Positions 10,345-20,431 of a stretch of 64,000 nucleotides of DNA are shown piece after piece. Origin of the DNA: an uncultured bacterium (GTDB lineage Bacteria; Chloroflexota; UBA5177; JANWHV01); assembly GCA_963827235.1 (NCBI GenBank), contig CAWHAE010000010.1:32001-96000 (forward strand). The letters run 5' to 3'. Numbering within the stretch: position 1 is the first letter of the stretch; every line of letters begins with the position of its first letter. The position numbers and the translations under genes are program-made. Under the pieces are notes generated by a model. The model was not told the DNA's origin. It saw only the letters and a program-made list of their open reading frames with translations, and did no database searches.

Positions 10345-11064
10345 GGCAGCGCCTCGCACGGCACCAGCGCACTCCACCGCTTCTACGTTATGCCGGATTG
10401 CCCGATTACGAGTTGGCAAAAGCGCGACTCGGGTTATCTTCCCGGAATGGCGCAGAGAACAGCGATATTCCGTTCAGCTAGGAGCCCGACTGGGGCGCTA
10501 CCATCTTGCGCCACGAACACATACGAGGGGCAGAATCTCCGGAAGCATCACTTTCCTGACGCCTCCATATGCCAGCTCCATACCGCGTCACGAGCTTGCG
10601 CCTGTCCAGCGCATCGGAACCAATAGACAACGGAAGCGGACCCGCGCAGAGATGCAGGAGCAGCTCGAACTCAAAGCCCGATCTGGAAGCCCTGCAGACT
10701 CGATTGAACGAGCCATGCCTGAGCTTCTTGTTGCGCTCCAATGCGGCCCAATGCACAGTGTGAACAGAATATAGTGCCATTATAGACGCATCAGCGTATT
10801 TCGCAAGACCCTGCCGTCAAGTGGCTGACAGCAGTACAGGCTCAGGCTGATGGTGACTCGACCGAGCATGTCGATGGTGTTGGCAAGGGCATTCAACGTC
10901 CCGTATGATCATGCGGTGCTCAACACGATCGGCCGTAGGACCCGTCAGGCGCACTGAAGCCGTGGCACGACAGAAGCGATGGACGCTCTCTGTTAAGGTG
11001 GGAATGAGCCTCGAGCGGGGGGGACTGACAGGTATCTGGTGTGCAGTTGCTCAGCGAGGTGGGG

Positions 11065-12009
11065 CTAGCGATACAGCAGGGCCATGTGCTCGGCCTGGGC
11101 ACGGATGGCGGCCGTGAGCGCGGGCGGCGATTCCACGACGACGTCGGGCCCGATAGCTAACAACTGGCCTGCGAACCAGGCCACTTCGGACTGTGGGATG
11201 GTGCCATCGATCACGCCGCCGCCATGCCCATCCGGCCGCGGTGCGCCAAACAACGCCCGCAGGTCGTAGTTCAGCATGCCTCGCGCAGTGACCTGTGCAC
11301 GTAACGGGAGGCCACGCCCATCGTCGCGCTCGACCAGGTCCAGCCAGTGCGCCATCGGGATGTGCGGCGGTGGCTCCCGCCCGTCCTGCACCCGCGACAC
11401 TGCCCGGACACGGTCGGCCCGCAACGACAACTTGACACCCCGCAGGTCGTCATGGCAGGCGCAATACCAGCACCCACCCCGTGCGTAGACACCGAACGGG
11501 AAGATGGTGCGCTCCGACTTGCCGGCTTTCGAGTCGTACACGATGCGCAGATGTGCCCGGTCGAGTGCCGCCTGCAGCAGGTCACCCAGCAAGGGCGCGG
11601 GGTCACCCACGGGGCGTGCGATGATCGCCACATGCTCGCTGAGCCGTTCCAGATCGCGCACCGCCTCGGGCGACAGGGCCGCGCGCAGCTTGGTGGCCGC
11701 AGAGGGTCCTGCGCCACCGCCGGCAAACGGCGTCCCGGCGGAGCGCAGGAACGCGTCATAGGCCAGGAGCACACCAAGCGCCTCGTCGACTGAGAGTGTG
11801 AGCGGCGCCAGGCGTTGCTCGCGCGCGAGCATATAGCCGCCGCCCGGTCCCGGCGTGGCATCCAGGCGGACGCCCAGATCCGCGAGCGCCTGCAGGTCCC
11901 GTTGCATCGTCCGGCGCGAGACCCCGAACTCGTCCGCCCACTGCTGTGCGGTGAGGCGGGGCGTCCCGCGCAGGCGGATGAGCATTTCCAGCAGCCGTGC
12001 CGCACGCAT
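11065..12009 (-). CDS. HTH_11-WYL transcriptional regulator (YafY/PafB-like)
   Basis: TAQQWADEFGVSRRTMQRDL HTH; GPGGGY; WYL region 'ERTIFPFGV...WYCAC..LRADRV'; C-terminal 'VVVESPPAL'. Confidence 0.9.
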   Translation of the reverse strand: MRAARLLEMLIRLRGTPRLTAQQWADEFGVSRRTMQRDLQALADLGVRLDATPGPGGGYMLAREQRLAPLTLSVDEALGVLLAYDAFLRSAGTPFAGGGAGPSAATKLRAALSPEAVRDLERLSEHVAIIARPVGDPAPLLGDLLQAALDRAHLRIVYDSKAGKSERTIFPFGVYARGGCWYCACHDDLRGVKLSLRADRVRAVSRVQDGREPPPHIPMAHWLDLVERDDGRGLPLRAQVTARGMLNYDLRALFGAPRPDGHGGGVIDGTIPQSEVAWFAGQLLAIGPDVVVESPPALTAAIRAQAEHMALLYR

Positions 12010-12038
12010 GACACTTCCGATCACAGCCTGAGAACGAC

Positions 12039-12069
12039 GACATAATCTGTCACCATTCTACGCTAGACT
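12039..12069 (+). promoter_or_regulatory. WYL-type operator/promoter: GACA-N5-TGTC palindrome overlapping TGTCAC-N10-TAGACT
   Basis: Both motifs visible in the 103-bp divergent intergenic region. Confidence 0.55.
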
Positions 12070-12112
12070 GCAGAGGTAAGCATACTGCTACGCAGGCGTG
12101 AAGGGAGGAGTC

Positions 12113-12454
12113 ATGAAGCTGGTACACGACCAGACAGATATGGTGGAGGCACGACGCGAAGCCGCCGGCCGACTGCAGGCGATCCCCAATGTCGGGCCAG
12201 CAATGGCCGAGGACTTGCTGCGGCTGGGCATTCTGCGTCTGGAGGACGCTGCCGGTCAGGATCCAGATGCGCTCTACCGGGCGCTTTGCGTGCTGGACGG
12301 AGTACGCCAGGATCCGTGTGTGCGGGATGTCTTCGCGGCGGTGGTGGCCTACGCAAACGGCGAGGAGGCCCGGCCGTGGTGGGCGTTCACGCCGGCGCGC
12401 AAGGCCCGGGATGGGCAGGCGACCGGAAGAGGCCGAAGAGGGAGGACGAGATGA
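12113..12454 (+). CDS. Helix-hairpin-helix protein (Cdd1 / mitomycin-resistance McrB-like)
   Basis: LQAIPNVGPAMAEDL..LGI, GQDPDALYRALC..DG..QDPCVRDVF, PWWAF; RBS ggaggag. Confidence 0.85.
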   Translation: MKLVHDQTDMVEARREAAGRLQAIPNVGPAMAEDLLRLGILRLEDAAGQDPDALYRALCVLDGVRQDPCVRDVFAAVVAYANGEEARPWWAFTPARKARDGQATGRGRRGRTR

Positions 12455-12528
12455 ATGTGCTCTTCATTGCTGGCTTCGGCCCGATCGTGCCGGAGATGGA
12501 CACCGAGCAATACAGCACCGTGTGCTGA
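12451..12528 (+). pseudogene. Truncated N-terminus of a probable glyoxalase/VOC protein
   Basis: ATGA overlap with the HhH gene and an RBS; MNVLFIAGFGPIV, then an abrupt junction. Confidence 0.45.
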
Positions 12529-12604
12529 CCCGCTGACAGCGGAGCGAGGATGGCCAAGAAGCCGTCGGCCACCGCCTGGGAGATCCCGTGCCCGGGAGGC
12601 ACAG
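12514..12604 (-). pseudogene. Internal fragment of a fifth paralog of the secreted array family
   Basis: PPGHGISQAVADGFLAILAPLSAGQHTV aligns to PGPGTTKAVADGILVMLAPLSAGRHTV. Confidence 0.7.
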
Positions 12605-12634
12605 GCGAGTTAAGAGTCCGTTCGCTCCTCTTTG

Positions 12635-13924
12635 TCAGGCGACCAGCAGCCAGGAGTCAGCGTGGGTGCCAGCGCTGCCGTGAGCTGCGAGGATATGCCT
12701 GCCAGGGGCAGGTCGGATGTTGTGCGCGCTGACAGGGCTGTGCTGGTGGTCGTACAACTCCAGGCTCCACGTGCCATCCGAAAGCGCGGTGACGTAGCCG
12801 TGATAGCGGCTGTCCCAGAACAGGGCGACCGTCTCATTCGGCTGGAATCCGGTACCGGACACGGCGAGCTCTTCGCCGTTGGCCAGGACGGCTCGGTGTG
12901 GCTGCGGCGCGCCGTCACGCAGCACGGTCGCGGTGATGGTCGGGTACGCCGCGAGTGCCGCGTGCATCGCAGGGGCAGCCGTGATGCGCAGGGCGTCGGC
13001 CGTGATGATGGCACTGGTATTGGCTTCCAGATACGGCCAGGAGATCTCCGCATAGCCGTTCAGGCCCCAGCTTGTGCCCCAGGAGTTCTCGACCCAAGCG
13101 CCGGCGTTGTCGTAGCCCATCACAACCAGCTCGTGGCCGCCCAGGGAGGCGGCTGGATCCGCCGGCACCGGCGCAATCCACGCGCTCGTGGCGGTCGCAT
13201 TGTAGAGATTGGGATATACGGTGAGGCCGATAAGCGCCGGATGGCCGGCGGCCAGCGCGGTCTCGATGACGGTACGCACCCTGCTGGGGTTTGTGTCCCA
13301 GTCGCGCGGGTCGCCGATTTGGGCGGCGCGACCGGGGAAATACGTGATGCCGGCGAGGGCATAATGCCGGGCCAGGGCGCGCTGAGCAGCGGTAGGCCGG
13401 CTGCGCCAGGCGTAGTTGCCTTGCTGGTAATCGGCCAGGGGCAGCATGCCCTGCTGCGCAGCCGCGAGGACCTGTGACTCCCAGCTTCCTGCATCCTGGT
13501 GGCCGTCGACCTGGCCATAGGTGAAGAGCGGTGCGAAGTAGCCGGTGGGGAGGTGCTGCTTGTCGACGTACCAGCCGGCGAGCGTGTAGACGGCAGCCCA
13601 GGCCACGCAGTCGCTCACCCAGCCCTGGTCGCCCACGGGTGGCGCGTTGCGGCTGAGATCGACGCTGGTCGGGAATATGGTTGTCTGGCCGAGCAGGGTG
13701 AGGGGTGGCAGCGGCCCGTAGTCGGTGCTTCGTGTGCCCGGCAGGAGGTGCAGACCTCTCCGTGGCGCTATCGGCGCGGACCAAGCGGGCCCCGCGGCGC
13801 GTGCTACGAGGCCGCCTGCGCTCAACAAGGCGCTTCCCAGGGGGAGCAGAGCGAGAAGACCCGCTCCTACCAGCAGCAGGGAGTTCGATCCTAACGGACC
13901 GCGGCGTGCGCGATGCGCGTTCAT
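12635..13924 (-). CDS. Secreted papain-like C1 cysteine peptidase with a C-terminal Ig-like domain
   Basis: VDLS...PPVGDQGWVSDCVAWA (Gln/Cys), GGHELVVMGYD (His), ENSWGTSWGLNGY (Asn); N-terminal hydrophobic segment. Confidence 0.85.
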   Translation of the reverse strand: MNAHRARRGPLGSNSLLLVGAGLLALLPLGSALLSAGGLVARAAGPAWSAPIAPRRGLHLLPGTRSTDYGPLPPLTLLGQTTIFPTSVDLSRNAPPVGDQGWVSDCVAWAAVYTLAGWYVDKQHLPTGYFAPLFTYGQVDGHQDAGSWESQVLAAAQQGMLPLADYQQGNYAWRSRPTAAQRALARHYALAGITYFPGRAAQIGDPRDWDTNPSRVRTVIETALAAGHPALIGLTVYPNLYNATATSAWIAPVPADPAASLGGHELVVMGYDNAGAWVENSWGTSWGLNGYAEISWPYLEANTSAIITADALRITAAPAMHAALAAYPTITATVLRDGAPQPHRAVLANGEELAVSGTGFQPNETVALFWDSRYHGYVTALSDGTWSLELYDHQHSPVSAHNIRPAPGRHILAAHGSAGTHADSWLLVA

Positions 13925-14050
13925 CGACGATTCGCCAGACGGCGGTGTGCTGAGGGCCAGCGCGTGTCTGGCAGGCCTCCTCTCTCCTGGTGCAGCGGGC
14001 TGCGATCTTCGAACGCCTCCAGCTTGGGCGCCGATGCTCCGGCGGGCCAC

Positions 14051-14089
14051 GCACAAGACGCTCAAGTAGTCGCACAACCTGCCGCACAA
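14051..14089 (-). promoter_or_regulatory. TTG(T/A)GC direct repeats at 12-bp period upstream of the peptidase
   Basis: Plus strand shows gcacaa at 14084 and 14072, gctcaa at 14060 and gcacaa at 14051. Confidence 0.4.
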
Positions 14090-14413
14090 CCGGCTGTAGA
14101 GGCGGGAGAGTGCGCACGTGACAGACGACCTCAGGTACCACCCACATGGGATGCACGGAGCCGGCGTCGACGGCGCATGGACTGGGCGTTGCGCTGCGTA
14201 CCTCTCCGCCCGGGCATGCAGGTTCCACCGCGGCGCCGGCATCAGCGCGTGGCAGCCTCTGGGCGAGCACGATGCGTGCGCCGAGGTAGGCCGGCCGTCT
14301 AGAGACTGCTCAGGCCGATGTGGTAGAGTGGTACCGGTGACCTCGCGCACGGTCCAGCTCACCCGTGCCGGCGTGCTGGGGCGTGCCCGAGGGAAGGGAC
14401 TCGGGTGCCTGCC

Positions 14414-17400
14414 ATGGCCCAAGCGCCGTTGTTCGGCGAGCTGCTGCGACGCGCCCGCGTGGCGGCCGGCCTGACCCAGGAGGCACTGGCCGAACGGGCA
14501 GGGCTGAGCGCCACGGCGATCAGCGCTCTCGAACGGGGCGTCCGCCAAACACCGCAGGGCGAGACGCTGCGCCTGCTGACCAACGCGCTCGCCCTTCCCG
14601 ATAGTGAGCAAGCGCGGCTGGCGGCAGCGGCGCGCCGGCTCGACGCCCGCAGCGGAACGATCCCGGCAGCGAGTTCTCTGGCTGCCACTGGGGCGGTCGA
14701 GCCGCACGCCGGATGCGGCGTCGCGGGTGCCCCTCTGTCCGAAGCGGAGGCCCCGGTCGTCTACCTCGCACACGCGCGTGCCGATCGCGCGCTGGTAGCC
14801 CGCCTCGGCGCCGAGCTGCTTGCGCACGGCATCCGCCCGTGGCGCGGTGCGCAGGAACTCCAGCCTGGCAGCCCAGGGTGGGAGCAAGACGCACGTGATG
14901 CCATCCGCGCTGCCAGAGCAATCCTCTATCTCGGCTCGCCTGAGGCTCGAGCCTCCCGCTACGTGGCGGACGAGCTGCGCGTCGCCGAACTCTACCGGCG
15001 GCCGATCTACCCGCTGTGGCTGGCGGGCGAGGCGTGGCTGGAGTGCGTGCCCCTGGGCTGGGGCGGCATGCAGTACCTGGACGCGCGCGGCGGACGCTCT
15101 GCCGCCGCGCTCGACGAGGTCGCGGCGCTGCTGCGCGGTGACCAGGCGCCGGCGGCACCGTCCGGGGCGTTACCAAACGACGAGGCGCAGGGCACGCCCC
15201 GCAACCCCTACAAGGGGCTGCGCGCCTTTGATGCCGCGGATGCCGGCGACTTCTTCGGTCGCGAGTCGGCGGTCGGCAGCCTGCTCGCGGCGCTGGCCGG
15301 CGAGAATGAGCAGGCGCCGCGCTTTCTGGCCGTCGTGGGGCCGAGCGGGTCGGGCAAGTCCAGCCTGGTCCTGGCCGGCCTACTGCCCCGGCTGCGGCGC
15401 GGCGCGCTGCCGGGCAGTGCCGGATGGATTGACTTGCCGCCGGTCGTGCCAGGCGCGCATCCGCTCGAAGCGCTGAGCGTGGCGCTGGCTGCTTCCCTCC
15501 CTGCCTCGCCCGTTCAGGCTGTGCACGCCGATCTGGAGGCATCGGCGCGCGGGCTGCATCTGCTCGGCCAGCGGCTGGCACCCGAGAGCGGCAGGCGTGT
15601 CGTGCTCGTGGCCGATCAGTTCGAGGAACTGTTCACGCTGGCGGTCGACGAGGCGGAGCGGCAGCACTGCATCGACCTCCTGGTCACGGCGGCGACCGAG
15701 TCCAGGGGACCGGTCCTTGTCATACTCACCCTGCGCGCCGACTTCTTCGACCGGCCGCTGGCCTATCCTGAATTGGCGGCGTTGTTCGACGGGCAGAGCA
15801 AGGCGGTGCTGCCCATGACGTCGGCCGACCTCCGTGCCGCCATCGAAGGCCCGGCTGCCTTGACCGACGTGCAGCTCACCTTTGAAGGAGATCTCGTGGG
15901 CGATCTGCTCTTCGAGGTGCGCGGCCAGGCGGGCGCGCTGCCGCTGCTCGAGTTCACCCTGGAGCAATTGGTGCTGCGCCGCGACGGGCACCGCCTGACA
16001 CTCGCCGCCTACCAGGCGCTGGGCGGGGTGCGCGGCGCCCTGGCCCGGCACGCAGAGGCGGTGTTCGCGGGCCTGCCAAGCGAGGAGCAGCGGCATCTGT
16101 GCCGCGCCCTGTTCTTGCGCTTGATTACGCCCGGAGCCAGTGAACAGGAGACGATGAGGCGGCGAGCCGGGGTGCAGGAGCTGGTGCTGGAGGATGCCGA
16201 GCAGACCCGCCTGCTGCAAGCGACCGCCGAGGCCTTCATCGCGGCCCGCCTGCTGAGCACGTCCGACGGCAGCGGCGGTGCCACGATCGAGGTCAGCCAC
16301 GAGGCATTGCTGCGGGAGTGGGAGCGGCTTGGCGCCTGGCTGCAGCAGGCGTGGGGGGACATCAGACTGCAGCAGTCCGTCAGCGCCGACGCGGCGGAGT
16401 GGGAGCGACAGGGCTGGGATCCCGATTACCTCTATCGCGGCGCGCTGCTGCTGGAGGCGCGCGGCTGGGCGGCGCGGAATCTGCCGAGCGTTAGCGAGGC
16501 GGCGTTCGTGGCGGCGGGCGTGGCGGCGGAGGCGCAGCGGGCCGCGGCGGAACGGGAGCGCCAGGCGCACGAGCTGGCCCTCGAACGGCGCGCCGCTTCC
16601 CGGCTACGGGTACTGACGGGGGCCTTACTGGCCTTCCTCGCGGTAGCAGCCGGGCTGGCGACCGTGGCGATCAACGCGGCCAACACCGCACGGACGAGCG
16701 AGCGTCAGGAAGCCGCCGCCAAAGCCACGGCGCTCGCCCGGCGAGATCTGGCATTGTCGACCACCCTCGCGTTGCAGTCCGTGAGTCATCTGGACGATCA
16801 GACGACGCTCGCGCTGCTGTTGAGCGTGCAAGCCAATCGCCTGGCGAGCACAGTAGAAGCCCGGGGCGCGCTGCTGCAGAGCTTCCAGCACCAGCACAGC
16901 CGGTTGGTCGCAGTGCTGCGGGGCGATCCCGTGGGTGCAGCGGGCGTCAGCTTCAGTCCCGATGGCCGGCGCCTGAGCGCGGTCGGCGTTGGCGGGACCG
17001 TCCGGCAGTGGGACGTGGCAACCCTGCGGCAGCAGAGCCTCTCGGTCACGGTCCCCGGCGTTACGAGCACGCTCGCCGCCGTAACCATCAGCGCCGACGG
17101 CACTCTGATGGCATGCAGTAGCGCCGGGGCGCCGGTCGTCTGGGACCTGCTGCACGGGCACCGCATCGGCGACTTCAGCACCGGCAGCCCAGCCGGTGCC
17201 GTGACGGCGCTCGCTTTCAACGCCGACGGTACCGTCCTCGTCGCGGCCTACACGCCAAATGTGATCAGGCTGTGGGATGTCGCCCATCAGCGCCTGATCG
17301 GTAGTTTCGTTGCGAGCCAGCAAGGCGCCATTGACAGCATGGCGTTCAGCCCAGACGGCAGAACCCTGGCCGTGGGCAGCGATGACGGCTCGCTGTGGCT

Positions 17401-18850
17401 GTGGGACGCGCCACGGCGCCGGGCGATCGCCGGGCTGCTCGAAAACGCCGCGCTGGCTGCCGTGTCTTCTGTGACGTTCAGCCCCGACGGCTCGATCCTG
17501 GCGTCGAACGCGAACGGACGGGTGCAGCTCTGGGACGTGGCACACCGGCGGCCGTTCGGCCAATCGCTCGCGCAAGGGCCGCAGGCCGTCTACAGCGTGG
17601 CTTTCAGCCATGATGGCGCCATCCTGGCGTCGGCCAGCACCGACGGCAGTGTCCAGCTCTGGAGCATGCCGCGCGGGCAGCCCCTCGGCGCACCGCTCAC
17701 GGGCTCCGCGGCCGGCATGGCGGCCGGTCTCGGCTACGGCAATGGCCTGGCCGACCTGGCGTTCAGTCCGGATGACGGCCTGCTTGCCTCGGGCGGCCAG
17801 TCGGACGCGGTGAGACTGTGGGATGTCTCCGCCGCCCATACCCTGGGTCTTCCCCTGCCCGGAAGCGCCAATCCCGCCGCCGGCGTCGCCATGAGCCCGG
17901 ACGGCTCGCTGGCAGCCTCCGCAGGAGCAAACAAGACGATTCTCGTGTGGGACCTGGCCGGACGCCGGCTGCGCTGCAGCCCGCTGGCCGGCCACACCGA
18001 CTACGTCAACAGCCTGGCCTTCAGCCCGGACGGCAGGATTCTGGCGTCCGGCGCTGACGACGCGACAATCAGGCTCTGGGACGTGGCCCACTGCCGGCCG
18101 CTGGGCGCACCGCTCGCCGATCCGGCAGGGGCCGCCGTCGAGAGCCTGGCGTTTGGCGGCGATGGCCGGGTACTGGTCGCGGGCAACGCAGACGCGAGCG
18201 TCCGCTTGTGGGATGTGTCTCGGCGGCAGGTGATCGGTCTGCCGCTCGTCGGGCCCGCCATGCGGGCCTGGAGCGTGGCCGTCAGCCGCGACGGCAGGAT
18301 GGTGGCCAGCGGGAACCTGGACGGCAGCGTGTGGCTGTGGCACCTGTGGAGCGGCGACCGCCCGGGACTGCTGCTGTCGGGGCACACGGGCGCCGTCTAC
18401 AGCGTGGCCTGCAGTCCCGACGGCCGCACGCTCGCCACAGGCGGCGCCGATGGGACGATCCGCCTGTGGGACACGGCGACGGCGCGCGCAATCGGCGCAC
18501 CGCTGGTCGCCAACGCCGTGGTGCGCAGCGTCGCGTTCAGCCCAGACGGCGCCACACTGGCCTCGGCCGGCGACGACGAGTCCATCCGCCTGTGGGATGT
18601 GGCGACCCAGCTGGCGGTGGGGCCGTCGCTCACCGGCCACACGGGCGGTGTGTGGGGCGTGGCCTTTGGGCCAGGTGGCAAGACGCTGGTGTCGGTGGGC
18701 ACGGACCAGACGCTCAGGACCTGGACCATCGATCCGGCGGTGCTGGAACGGCGTGTCTGCCAGATAGCAGGGCGCAACCTGACTCCCGGCGAGTGGCAGC
18801 ACTACCTGGGAGGCCTGCCGTATCAGAAGACTTGCGCGGCCTACCCATAA
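14414..18850 (+). CDS. XRE-HTH - TIR - nSTAND1 NTPase - TM - 14xWD40 protein (sensor A)
   Basis: GLTQEALAERAG HTH; TIR 'YLAHARAD..SRYVADEL'; NPYKGLRAF..FFGR; GPSGSGKSS; DQFEELF; LRADF; LPLLEFTL; HEALLREW; TM helix; 14 WD repeats. Confidence 0.9.
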   Translation: MAQAPLFGELLRRARVAAGLTQEALAERAGLSATAISALERGVRQTPQGETLRLLTNALALPDSEQARLAAAARRLDARSGTIPAASSLAATGAVEPHAGCGVAGAPLSEAEAPVVYLAHARADRALVARLGAELLAHGIRPWRGAQELQPGSPGWEQDARDAIRAARAILYLGSPEARASRYVADELRVAELYRRPIYPLWLAGEAWLECVPLGWGGMQYLDARGGRSAAALDEVAALLRGDQAPAAPSGALPNDEAQGTPRNPYKGLRAFDAADAGDFFGRESAVGSLLAALAGENEQAPRFLAVVGPSGSGKSSLVLAGLLPRLRRGALPGSAGWIDLPPVVPGAHPLEALSVALAASLPASPVQAVHADLEASARGLHLLGQRLAPESGRRVVLVADQFEELFTLAVDEAERQHCIDLLVTAATESRGPVLVILTLRADFFDRPLAYPELAALFDGQSKAVLPMTSADLRAAIEGPAALTDVQLTFEGDLVGDLLFEVRGQAGALPLLEFTLEQLVLRRDGHRLTLAAYQALGGVRGALARHAEAVFAGLPSEEQRHLCRALFLRLITPGASEQETMRRRAGVQELVLEDAEQTRLLQATAEAFIAARLLSTSDGSGGATIEVSHEALLREWERLGAWLQQAWGDIRLQQSVSADAAEWERQGWDPDYLYRGALLLEARGWAARNLPSVSEAAFVAAGVAAEAQRAAAERERQAHELALERRAASRLRVLTGALLAFLAVAAGLATVAINAANTARTSERQEAAAKATALARRDLALSTTLALQSVSHLDDQTTLALLLSVQANRLASTVEARGALLQSFQHQHSRLVAVLRGDPVGAAGVSFSPDGRRLSAVGVGGTVRQWDVATLRQQSLSVTVPGVTSTLAAVTISADGTLMACSSAGAPVVWDLLHGHRIGDFSTGSPAGAVTALAFNADGTVLVAAYTPNVIRLWDVAHQRLIGSFVASQQGAIDSMAFSPDGRTLAVGSDDGSLWLWDAPRRRAIAGLLENAALAAVSSVTFSPDGSILASNANGRVQLWDVAHRRPFGQSLAQGPQAVYSVAFSHDGAILASASTDGSVQLWSMPRGQPLGAPLTGSAAGMAAGLGYGNGLADLAFSPDDGLLASGGQSDAVRLWDVSAAHTLGLPLPGSANPAAGVAMSPDGSLAASAGANKTILVWDLAGRRLRCSPLAGHTDYVNSLAFSPDGRILASGADDATIRLWDVAHCRPLGAPLADPAGAAVESLAFGGDGRVLVAGNADASVRLWDVSRRQVIGLPLVGPAMRAWSVAVSRDGRMVASGNLDGSVWLWHLWSGDRPGLLLSGHTGAVYSVACSPDGRTLATGGADGTIRLWDTATARAIGAPLVANAVVRSVAFSPDGATLASAGDDESIRLWDVATQLAVGPSLTGHTGGVWGVAFGPGGKTLVSVGTDQTLRTWTIDPAVLERRVCQIAGRNLTPGEWQHYLGGLPYQKTCAAYP

Positions 18851-18884
18851 CTCGCGACGCACGATGGGCAGAGGAGGACGAGAG

Positions 18885-20129
18885 ATGAGACGAAGCCTGC
18901 TCGGAGTTGTGGCAATGGTGCTGGCTGCCGCGCCGTCCGCGGGCGGCGCGGGCGCGGTATCTCAGCGTGCCGGCGCGACCATCACCGTGTGGGAAGACCT
19001 GAACTCCATTCCGGCGGTGGATGGGCTTACCGCGCTGGCGGACAGGTGGGGCGCCGCCAACGGACTGAGCGTGAAGTTCGTCACCTTCGGCCAGCCCGGG
19101 GGTACCAACTGCATTCCCTGTCAGTTCCCGCCCAAGGCGAAGAGCAAAGACGGCCCGGACATCATCTATTTTCCGGAGGACGAGCAGGGCGGCTACGCGG
19201 TAGCCAAGCTGATCGCGCCACGGCCGGCCGGCGTGCTCAGTGCGTCCGACCTGGCAAGGTACCAGCCGTTTGCGCAGGCCGCGACCTTGGTCGACGGCGT
19301 GCCGTACTCGATTCCACACGACGAAGACGGCCTGCTGCTGTTCTACAACAAGCGGCTGGTGCACGATCCTCCCGCCACCTGGACACAGCTGATCGCCAGC
19401 GCCAGCAGGCTGACGAAAGGCAACCAGTCCGGCTTTCTCTACTGGATCTCGGGTGGTCTCTACTACAACTACTGGGCGTACGGCGGCTACGGCGCCTACG
19501 TCTTCGGGAGCAAAGGCGGGAAGGTCGACATCAGAGACATCGGGCTCGACAATGCCGCCGCCGTGCAGGCTCTCACCTTCATCCGATCGCTCACCGCGAT
19601 CGTGCCGAAGAGCGTCGACTATTCATTTGTCAGCCAAGCGTTCCAGGCCGGCCGGGCGGCGATGATCCTGGACGGCCCGTGGAATCTCGACTCCTATGCC
19701 GGGTCATTGGGGCCGGACCTGGGCGCCGCCGACATCCCGGCCCTGCCGGGCGGCTACGTGAGCAGGCCGTTCGTCGGCATTCGCGTCTGGGCGGTCAACC
19801 GCTACAGCGCGCACCAGGCTGCCGCCTGGGATCTGGCACGGTACCTGAGCCTGAACGGCCAGGCGATCACCGCCAGGTACGAGGATCGCCTGCCGACGCT
19901 CCGAGTCGCGCCCGGCTTTACGCCGAACGCGCTGCAACTGGCCGCCGAGCGGCAGTTCAGCGCAGGCATCCTGATGCCGAACTCGCCGGCCATGTCCCAG
20001 GTCTGGGACCCAGAGTACAACGCTATCAACCTCGTGCTGCAGGGGAAAGCGTCGCCACGGCAGGCCCTCAAGACGGCTGTTCAGAAGATCAAGAAGTCGT
20101 ACGCGACGTGCCGGTGTCTCGGCCGTTGA
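18885..20129 (+). CDS. Sugar ABC-type extracellular solute-binding protein (MalE-like), no permeases nearby
   Basis: Signal peptide; GPDII, LFYNKRL..PPATW..LI, FQAGRAAMILDGPWN, MPNSPAMSQVW. Confidence 0.85.
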   Translation: MRRSLLGVVAMVLAAAPSAGGAGAVSQRAGATITVWEDLNSIPAVDGLTALADRWGAANGLSVKFVTFGQPGGTNCIPCQFPPKAKSKDGPDIIYFPEDEQGGYAVAKLIAPRPAGVLSASDLARYQPFAQAATLVDGVPYSIPHDEDGLLLFYNKRLVHDPPATWTQLIASASRLTKGNQSGFLYWISGGLYYNYWAYGGYGAYVFGSKGGKVDIRDIGLDNAAAVQALTFIRSLTAIVPKSVDYSFVSQAFQAGRAAMILDGPWNLDSYAGSLGPDLGAADIPALPGGYVSRPFVGIRVWAVNRYSAHQAAAWDLARYLSLNGQAITARYEDRLPTLRVAPGFTPNALQLAAERQFSAGILMPNSPAMSQVWDPEYNAINLVLQGKASPRQALKTAVQKIKKSYATCRCLGR

Positions 20130-20431
20130 TCGGCCGACTGCCGCGGCGCTGCGTGACAATGCCGACTACGGCGGCGTGTCTTCGGATGCTGCTCTGCCGC
20201 CTGCGCATACTCACGAATGGCGCCGACATCAGTGCCGAACGTTGTCATGGTTAGCCGCCTGTTCGGTGCTGCTTGCGGTCGAGTTGTTCCGGGCAGGCAC
20301 CTGTTGCACACGGTTGTAGACTCCAGCCTGTCACTCGCCGGGCTGTCCGCGCCGGCGTGAGCGCAGGTCCCGGGAGGCTTGGGCACATATCACGCAGCGG
20401 GGGGAGCGTAGCTCGAGACTTCGCGCCACAG

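Noticed and set aside
13925-14887. N-terminal extension of the 750-aa ORF
   Set aside because: Overlaps sensor A on the opposite strand; the signal-like segment starts at the ATG at 13924
16625-18862. Long antisense ORFs over WD40, MFS and other genes
   Set aside because: Typical high-GC shadow ORFs with no motifs
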